Assembly (NCBI GenBank): GCA_041659805.1
Contig: JBAZXP010000001.1
Location: 576,589-640,588 of the forward strand
DNA length: 64,000 nucleotides
Source: Microgenomates group bacterium
GTDB taxonomy: Bacteria; Patescibacteriota; Microgenomatia; Daviesbacterales; UBA10151
Reading direction: 5' to 3'
Part shown: piece after piece, positions 59,050-64,000 of the stretch
How the letters are laid out: every line of letters starts with the position of its first letter
Numbering within the stretch: the stretch's first letter is position 1
Position numbers and translations under genes: made by a program
Notes under the pieces: generated by a model
Databases searched by the model: none
The model's input: the letters and a program-made list of their open reading frames with translations, nothing else
What the model was told of the DNA's origin: nothing

Positions 59050-60111
59050 ATGAATAAGCAGTCAATTTTGATTCCGGATTTTTATATTTCAATTCCTGCT
59101 ATTCTTTTAATGAGTCTTGGTGTTTTAGTTATTTATTCTTCTGAACCGAAATTAGCGATTCAACAATTAATAATTGCAGTTATTGGTATAGGTTTATATT
59201 GGTTCTTTTCATTAATTGACCTTAGATTTTATCAGGAATACTTAAAATTTATATATGGTTTTATGTTATTTCTTTTAGGTGTTGTTTTTATTTTAGGTTT
59301 TGAAACCAGAGGATCTATTAGATGGATACCTCTTGGGTTATTTAATTTCCAACCATCAGAATTTATAAAACCTATTTTGATTCTTTTGCTTGCTAAATTT
59401 TGGTCAGACAATAATTCAAGTTGGCTAAATATTGTAAAGAGTATCTTAATTATATCTCCTGCAATTATCCTCATTTTTAAACAGCCTGATTTAGGTACAA
59501 CTTTAACTGTAATAATGATTTGGATTTTTATGCTTATTGGTTCAAATATTTCTGTTTTGAAATTATTTCTAATGTTTATTACTTCGTTAATCTTAACCCC
59601 TCTTGGGTGGTTATTTCTAAAAGATTACCAAAAATATAGAATTACCAGTTTTTTATCTCCAGAAAAAGATCCTTTAGGTATTGGCTATAATGCAATTCAG
59701 TCAACTATTGCTGTTGGATCAGGAGAAGTATTTGGTCGGGGGCTTGGCAGAGGAACCCAATCAAGGTTGCAGTTTTTACCGGAATTCAGGACTGATTTTA
59801 TTTTTGCATCAATCGCAGAGGAATTTGGATTTTTAGGTTCAGTAATTTTGTTGTTTTTGTATTCGGCTATTATTGGTCGAAGCTTGCGGATTATGCATAA
59901 CGCAAACAACCGGTTTAGCAACTTAGTGGTGTTGGGAGTTTTAGGAATGTTTTTCTTTCAGATTATAGTGAATATTGGAATGAACATTGGGATATTACCA
60001 ATCACCGGAATTACTCTTCCGCTTGTTTCTTACGGCGGAAGTTCTCTTCTTACTACCTTGATTTGCCTTGGTTTTATAGCCTCTGTTGCTAAATTTGGCA
60101 ATCAGAGGTAA
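59050..60111 (+). CDS. rodA: SEDS-family peptidoglycan glycosyltransferase RodA
   Basis: 353 aa, 10 TM helices. LPEFRTDFIFASIAEEFGFLGS and LPITGITLPLVSYGGSS SEDS motifs. Second SEDS paralog in the window. Confidence 0.75.
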   Translation: MNKQSILIPDFYISIPAILLMSLGVLVIYSSEPKLAIQQLIIAVIGIGLYWFFSLIDLRFYQEYLKFIYGFMLFLLGVVFILGFETRGSIRWIPLGLFNFQPSEFIKPILILLLAKFWSDNNSSWLNIVKSILIISPAIILIFKQPDLGTTLTVIMIWIFMLIGSNISVLKLFLMFITSLILTPLGWLFLKDYQKYRITSFLSPEKDPLGIGYNAIQSTIAVGSGEVFGRGLGRGTQSRLQFLPEFRTDFIFASIAEEFGFLGSVILLFLYSAIIGRSLRIMHNANNRFSNLVVLGVLGMFFFQIIVNIGMNIGILPITGITLPLVSYGGSSLLTTLICLGFIASVAKFGNQR

Positions 60112-60123
60112 AATACGCTTTGT

Positions 60124-60477
60124 ATGCAATATAATATAGTTCAAATTGGAAGCAGACAATATAAGATTGAACCAGGCCAGACGATTGAAATCGACAGGCT
60201 TCCCGATGATGTCAAAAAATTAACAGTAGATAAAGTTTTACTTAAGGTTGACGACGATAAAGTTCAAATCGGCACACCTTATTTAAAAGAAACTTTAGAG
60301 CTTGATGTTCTTGAAACTGTTAAAAAACTAAAAATCAGAGTATTAAAATTTAAGTCTAAAGCTAACTATCGAAAAGTTACAGGGTCAAGAAGACAGATGA
60401 CAAAAGTTAAATTACAGGATAATAGTCCAAAAGCAAAATCAGAAAAAAAAGAAACTGTGAAAAAGGTATTGACATAA
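60124..60477 (+). CDS. rplU: 50S ribosomal protein L21
   Basis: MQYNIVQIGSRQYKIEPGQTIEIDRL N-terminal signature. Basic C-terminal extension. Confidence 0.9.
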   Translation: MQYNIVQIGSRQYKIEPGQTIEIDRLPDDVKKLTVDKVLLKVDDDKVQIGTPYLKETLELDVLETVKKLKIRVLKFKSKANYRKVTGSRRQMTKVKLQDNSPKAKSEKKETVKKVLT

Positions 60478-60497
60478 GTTTTCACGAAAGGTAATCT
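60469..60497 (+). promoter_or_regulatory. Candidate internal promoter for rpmA within the 3' end of rplU
   Basis: TTGACA (60469-60474), 17-nt spacer, TAATCT (60492-60497), 6 nt before the rpmA ATG at 60504. Confidence 0.3.
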
Positions 60498-60503
60498 AAA
60501 GAC

Positions 60504-60755
60504 ATGGCACATACAAAAGCAGGCGGAACAACAAAAACCAATAGAGATTCAATTTCAAAACGCTTAGGTGTTAAACATTATGGTGGAGAATTAGTTAAAC
60601 CCGGAAATATTATTATAAGACAAAAAGGAAATAAATATTATCCCGGAGTCGGAGTGAAGCAAGGCAATGATTACACTTTGTTTGCTATAACATCCGGAGT
60701 AGTTCAATTTGTTAAGAGAAAAGGACGAAACTTAATAAATATCAATGGACTCTAA
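60504..60755 (+). CDS. rpmA: 50S ribosomal protein L27
   Basis: [16 protein letters not shown]...[18 protein letters not shown], a classic L27 sequence. Confidence 0.9.
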   Translation: MAHTKAGGTTKTNRDSISKRLGVKHYGGELVKPGNIIIRQKGNKYYPGVGVKQGNDYTLFAITSGVVQFVKRKGRNLININGL

Positions 60756-61596
60756 CGATCAAATCTACTTACTTGAAATAAATTTACTTGAACCAAATCC
60801 TCTTCAGCCCCGTGGGCTCATTACACCAGAATCATTAGCCGAGTTAGCAGAATCAATTCGGGAACATGGGATTTTAGAGCCTATTGTGGTTGCCAAAACT
60901 CCCGCAGGTTTTCAAATCATTGCAGGAGAACGACGTTGGAGAGCTTCCAAATTAGTCGGACTTCCGAAGGTCCCTGTTGTAATAAAAGAAACCACTCCTC
61001 AAGGTATGTTGGAAATGGCAATTGTAGAGAATGTTCAGCGTCAGGATTTAAATCCTTTGGAAAGAGCCCAGGCTTATCGCCGTTTAATGGATGAGTTTGG
61101 TCTGCCTAATTCTGAAATCGCTCAAAAAGTTGGTAAAAGCCCGGCTTATATTTCCAATACAATCAGACTGCTTACCCTGCCTGATGCCCTTAAGGATGCC
61201 TTAATGTCCGGTCAAACAACAGAAGGGCATGTAAGAGCAATGTCTGCCTTGGAAGACCCCCATCTTATTATAGAGGCTTATAAAGAAGTGCTTCGAAAGA
61301 ACTTATCTGTTAGAGGAACAGAAGAATTAGTCAGGAAAATGAAAGCAAAGTTTAATGTTGCTCCAAAAAGAAACGTTGATGTTGAAAGTATGCATATTTT
61401 AAATGAAGAAGTTGATAGAATTCAGGAAGGTTTAGCAGAAGCATTAACTTCAAATGATAAGAAAGCAACGGTTAAGTATGTATTAACAGGTAATCATGCC
61501 CGTTTAGATATAAGATTACCGGGTAATCCGGAGCAAACAACTGAGTTGATGAGAAAAGTTTATAAGGCAATTACTTCTTATCAGGAAATTAATTAG
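60745..61596 (+). CDS. parB: ParB/Spo0J-like partition or nucleoid-associated protein
   Basis: ParB box [11 protein letters not shown] and HTH region [21 protein letters not shown]. Overlaps rpmA by 11 nt. No parA nearby. Confidence 0.8.
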   Translation: MDSNDQIYLLEINLLEPNPLQPRGLITPESLAELAESIREHGILEPIVVAKTPAGFQIIAGERRWRASKLVGLPKVPVVIKETTPQGMLEMAIVENVQRQDLNPLERAQAYRRLMDEFGLPNSEIAQKVGKSPAYISNTIRLLTLPDALKDALMSGQTTEGHVRAMSALEDPHLIIEAYKEVLRKNLSVRGTEELVRKMKAKFNVAPKRNVDVESMHILNEEVDRIQEGLAEALTSNDKKATVKYVLTGNHARLDIRLPGNPEQTTELMRKVYKAITSYQEIN

Positions 61597-62221
61597 TTGA
61601 AGTTCCAATTGGAATAATTACCATTTTGTCCACCGGCCAATATCTTAAAAAAGCCTGACCTATAATTTCACTTTTGGGAATAAGTCCAAATTGTCTTGAG
61701 TCTGAACTATTCTTACGGTTATCTCCCATTACAAAATAGTTATCTGCAGGCATAGTGATTTCATCGCCATCTTTTAAGAAGCCTTCGCCGTGTGTTTCTA
61801 AATCCTGAGGTAAATAAGGCTCGTTTAATAATGTTTCATTTATATATACTTTCCCGTCTGATAATTTTAATGTTTCACCTGGTAACCCTATTACTCTTTT
61901 GATGAATACTTCTTTCTCTGGATTTTGAGGGTTCTTAAGGATAATAATTTCACCTCTTTGATAAGCAGAAGATCTGGTTGCGAGTTTATTAGTTATTATA
62001 TAATCCCCATCCTGAAAATTCGGAACCATAGATTTTCCTGAAACTTTATGAGGTTCAGCGATAAAAACCCTGATGATCATTAAAATAGAAGCAACTATTG
62101 CTACAAATTGGATTAACTCGACTAAACTATCTTTAAATCTAGTACCCAAACCCGGTTCTTCAAGCTGGTAATCTGGTGCTGCTTGTGCTGATTGTTGTGC
62201 CGAAGGTGGTGTTGGTTCCAT
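61589..62221 (-). CDS. lepB: Signal peptidase I
   Basis: TM anchor. Box B GKSMVPNF (catalytic Ser), box D GDYIITNK (Lys), box E VMGDNRKNSSDSRQFG. Confidence 0.85.
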   Translation of the reverse strand: MEPTPPSAQQSAQAAPDYQLEEPGLGTRFKDSLVELIQFVAIVASILMIIRVFIAEPHKVSGKSMVPNFQDGDYIITNKLATRSSAYQRGEIIILKNPQNPEKEVFIKRVIGLPGETLKLSDGKVYINETLLNEPYLPQDLETHGEGFLKDGDEITMPADNYFVMGDNRKNSSDSRQFGLIPKSEIIGQAFLRYWPVDKMVIIPIGTSTN

Positions 62222-62286
62222 AGATATGTATTATCCCTATTTTTTATTTGTAAGACAAGAGGTTGAATGCTAAAATAAGACGTTTA

Positions 62287-62360
62287 GGTCGTATAGCTCA
62301 GTTGGTTAGAGCGCTTCATTCACATTGAAGAGGTCTCTGGTTCGAGTCCAGATACGACCA
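62287..62360 (+). tRNA. tRNA-Val (anticodon CAC)
   Basis: 74-nt cloverleaf read by eye. Acceptor stem GGTCGTA/TACGACC, D-arm GCTC-AGTTGGTTA-GAGC, anticodon stem CTTCA/TGAAG with loop TTCACAT (U33, CAC, A37), T-arm TCTGG-TTCGAGT-CCAGA, discriminator A. No encoded CCA. Confidence 0.85.
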
Positions 62361-62369
62361 CATTTTTAT

Positions 62370-63635
62370 TTAAGTTTGTTGAAAGACGAAAATTTCGCGG
62401 TGCACGGTTTGGTCGGGACGGAAATAAATTATTGATCCACGATCTGTTATTTCCAGATGCAGTTCTTCATTGACAGAATTTTTCTGAAAATTAACTGGAG
62501 TGAATCCAAGTTTTGATAGTTGGGGTAAAATATTTAGAGTATGTAGAATATTTCCCAGTTTAAAAGTAGGGAAAATGATAACTATTTTTCCGTCTGAATT
62601 TAGCAGCGATTTAAATTGATAAAAAGCATCTAAATATAATTTTTCTAAAATCTTTATTTCGTTTTCGATTTGTCCAATATTAAAGTGTTTCGATTTTGGT
62701 GATCCTAAAAATGGTTCAGTAATAATTACATCAATGCTTTTTTCACCAAATGCTTTACTTAATTTTCTAACATCATATTGAAAAGCCTTGATATTAAATT
62801 CTGATCTTTTTAAATCTGGATATTGTTGAAAAAGCCAATCAATATTCTGATTTGTTTTTTCTATCTGATCTTTTTTAAAATCTGTTCCTATAATATTTTT
62901 ATAATCTAAAAGGATTAATTCCTGCAGAATTGTACCGTTGCCGCAAAAAGGATCCAAGATAGTGTCGTCTAATTCTTTTCCTGCAATATTGATCATAATT
63001 TTTGCAAGTTTAGGGGGAAGCATCCCGGCTTCTGTGTCTCTTCCTGGTCTTCTGTAGTCTCTGAAACTATAGTCTTCAAAATTCTGGACTGCCAGTGTTT
63101 TTCCGAAATAGACGGTGTTTTCTTCAACGCAAATATCTAATTCGAAACCATCAGATATTAATTTATTTTTTACAACCGAAACACTGGAGATATATCTTTC
63201 ATGCGATTTAAAGAAATTTACTTTGTAAGAATCTTGTAGGAACTGTTTCATTTTCGGCAATGTTTTGATTGCTTGGGGGAAGACTTGATTGATATGACTT
63301 ATTGGTGTACCTGCGTTGTAAATACTAATGCCGAAAGATAGTTTTGTCAGCTGTGGATCAAAAAGTTTACTTAAAAAATCTAAATCAGTTACTAAAGAGC
63401 CAAATTGTTCTGAGAATTTTTCAAACGGAATTGAATCTATAATTTCACCGATTTTTATTGTTCCTCCGAGTTTTGTCATCAGGTTTTGTGAATCAATTTC
63501 CTGACTTGTTTCTAAGATAAATATTTCTTGGGACGATGTAATAATCTTAGATTTCTGATGCTTATCTAAAAGCGCCAAAATTTCTACCTTTGAAAGCGAG
63601 TGATTATTACCCAAAACAAAAAAATATTTATGCAT
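62370..63635 (-). CDS. SAM-dependent RNA methyltransferase, UPF0020/Trm11-like (putative N2-guanine or N6-adenine class)
   Basis: Motif I DPFCGNGTIL and motif IV-like VIITEPFLGSP (variant of D/NPPY/F). Extended N-terminal domain of ~190 aa. 421 aa. Confidence 0.5.
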   Translation of the reverse strand: MHKYFFVLGNNHSLSKVEILALLDKHQKSKIITSSQEIFILETSQEIDSQNLMTKLGGTIKIGEIIDSIPFEKFSEQFGSLVTDLDFLSKLFDPQLTKLSFGISIYNAGTPISHINQVFPQAIKTLPKMKQFLQDSYKVNFFKSHERYISSVSVVKNKLISDGFELDICVEENTVYFGKTLAVQNFEDYSFRDYRRPGRDTEAGMLPPKLAKIMINIAGKELDDTILDPFCGNGTILQELILLDYKNIIGTDFKKDQIEKTNQNIDWLFQQYPDLKRSEFNIKAFQYDVRKLSKAFGEKSIDVIITEPFLGSPKSKHFNIGQIENEIKILEKLYLDAFYQFKSLLNSDGKIVIIFPTFKLGNILHTLNILPQLSKLGFTPVNFQKNSVNEELHLEITDRGSIIYFRPDQTVHREIFVFQQT

Positions 63636-63660
63636 GAAGGTAGTTTAGCACGAATGATGC

Positions 63661-64000
63661 CTAATCTCCATTTTTTCTGGCTATAATTAATATATAAGCA
63701 CAGAGATTTTTTAACCCAAGTGTATATAAAATCAATTCATAAATAATTGAAACAATATAAAAAGGCAGGAAGAAACTAAAATATCTTGATTGGTAATAAC
63801 TTAATTTAATTTTTTCAACAGTAAATCCATTCTTAAGATAAATATTTATAATTGAATCATAAAAGCAATAATTGTAGTTAGTCTTGAAACCTCTAATATG
63901 TTGACTTCCCGGGATTAAATTATTTAATAGTATTTTTGCGAGTTTACTTGGAATAAGCTGATTTAATATAGAAAATATAGCGAATTTACAGGAAAAAAGA
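63661..64000 (-). CDS. C-terminal fragment of a membrane protein; the 5' end lies outside the window
   Basis: Open frame on the minus strand from the window edge to a TAG stop at 63661-63663. Translation ...PGSQHIRGFKTNYNYCFYDSIINIYLKNGFTVEKIKLSYYQSRYFSFFLPFYIVSIIYELILYTLGLKNLCAYILIIARKNGD. Absent from the ORF track because it has no start codon in the window. Confidence 0.3.
   Translation of the reverse strand, partial: LFSCKFAIFSILNQLIPSKLAKILLNNLIPGSQHIRGFKTNYNYCFYDSIINIYLKNGFTVEKIKLSYYQSRYFSFFLPFYIVSIIYELILYTLGLKNLCAYILIIARKNGD

Noticed and set aside
304-59921. Numerous 60-140-aa ORFs in the track lying antisense or out of frame inside long CDSs. Examples: 304-498, 3161-3343, 4538-4741, 10528-10785, 11206-11442, 19348-19569, 22209-22418, 22552-22962, 24307-24674, 26704-27123, 35755-35976, 40177-40416, 41048-41242, 43463-43684, 50750-51136, 52155-52469, 54790-55155, 55094-55432, 56494-56724, 59232-59474.
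   Set aside because: Each is fully embedded in a longer ORF with clear family motifs on the other strand or frame. AT-rich DNA generates such shadow ORFs readily. None shows a recognisable motif.
1-64000. Alternative genetic code (UGA = Gly, code 25), as in some candidate-phyla bacteria.
   Set aside because: TGA terminates several well-defined genes at the expected C-termini (e.g. 8789-9568, 14432-15982, the ATGA overlaps). Long motif-rich ORFs are obtained with the standard table.
1-64000. CRISPR arrays, tandem repeat arrays, insertion sequences, integrase or transposase, prophage remnants near tRNA-Val.
   Set aside because: No regularly spaced direct repeats and no transposase, integrase or recombinase motif were seen. 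The tRNA is flanked by ordinary housekeeping genes with no att-like duplication that I could detect by eye.

Overview
AT-rich (roughly one-third GC by eye), gene-dense bacterial chromosome segment using the standard genetic code (TGA is used as a stop). The gene content (dense glycosyltransferase island, compact dcw cluster, short synthetases) is compatible with a reduced-genome bacterium such as a Patescibacteria/CPR-like organism. This placement is inference, not proven.

The window has three blocks.

(1) ~1-38 kb: a very large cell-envelope glycosylation island.
- It holds many GT4 (family 1) and GT2 glycosyltransferases, two Dol-P-sugar-synthase-like GT2 enzymes and at least 8 large polytopic GT-C-like membrane proteins (PMT/ArnT-like).
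- Accessory genes include an O-antigen-ligase-like membrane protein, an initiating polyprenyl-P sugar phosphotransferase, a hexapeptide O-acetyltransferase, three SAM-dependent methyltransferases and an SGNH hydrolase.
- A methyl-cycle pair (PfkB kinase plus S-adenosylhomocysteine hydrolase) is embedded in the island.
- A minus-strand MoxR-type AAA+ ATPase / von Willebrand A (VWA) protein pair, with a divergently transcribed single-pass membrane protein, is inserted in the island.
- The island ends with an inverted rsmH.

(2) ~38.9-55.6 kb: housekeeping genes and a compact dcw cluster.
- Upstream genes are recO, glyQS, purF and a membrane-anchored protein.
- The dcw cluster runs mraZ-ftsL-ftsI-murE-(truncated murB-like)-murF-mraY-ftsW-murG-ftsQ-ftsA-ftsZ.
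- rsmH, murC, murD and ddl are absent from the cluster.
- A near-consensus ftsZ promoter lies in the ftsA-ftsZ spacer.

(3) ~55.6-64 kb: housekeeping genes.
- GNAT acetyltransferase, ileS-like class I synthetase, rodA, rplU, rpmA and an orphan parB overlapping rpmA.
- lepB, tRNA-Val(CAC), a UPF0020/Trm11-like methyltransferase and a partial membrane-protein ORF at the window edge.

No CRISPR array, transposase, integrase or rRNA was seen.

The most unusual element is the MoxR/VWA/membrane-protein module embedded in the glycan locus.
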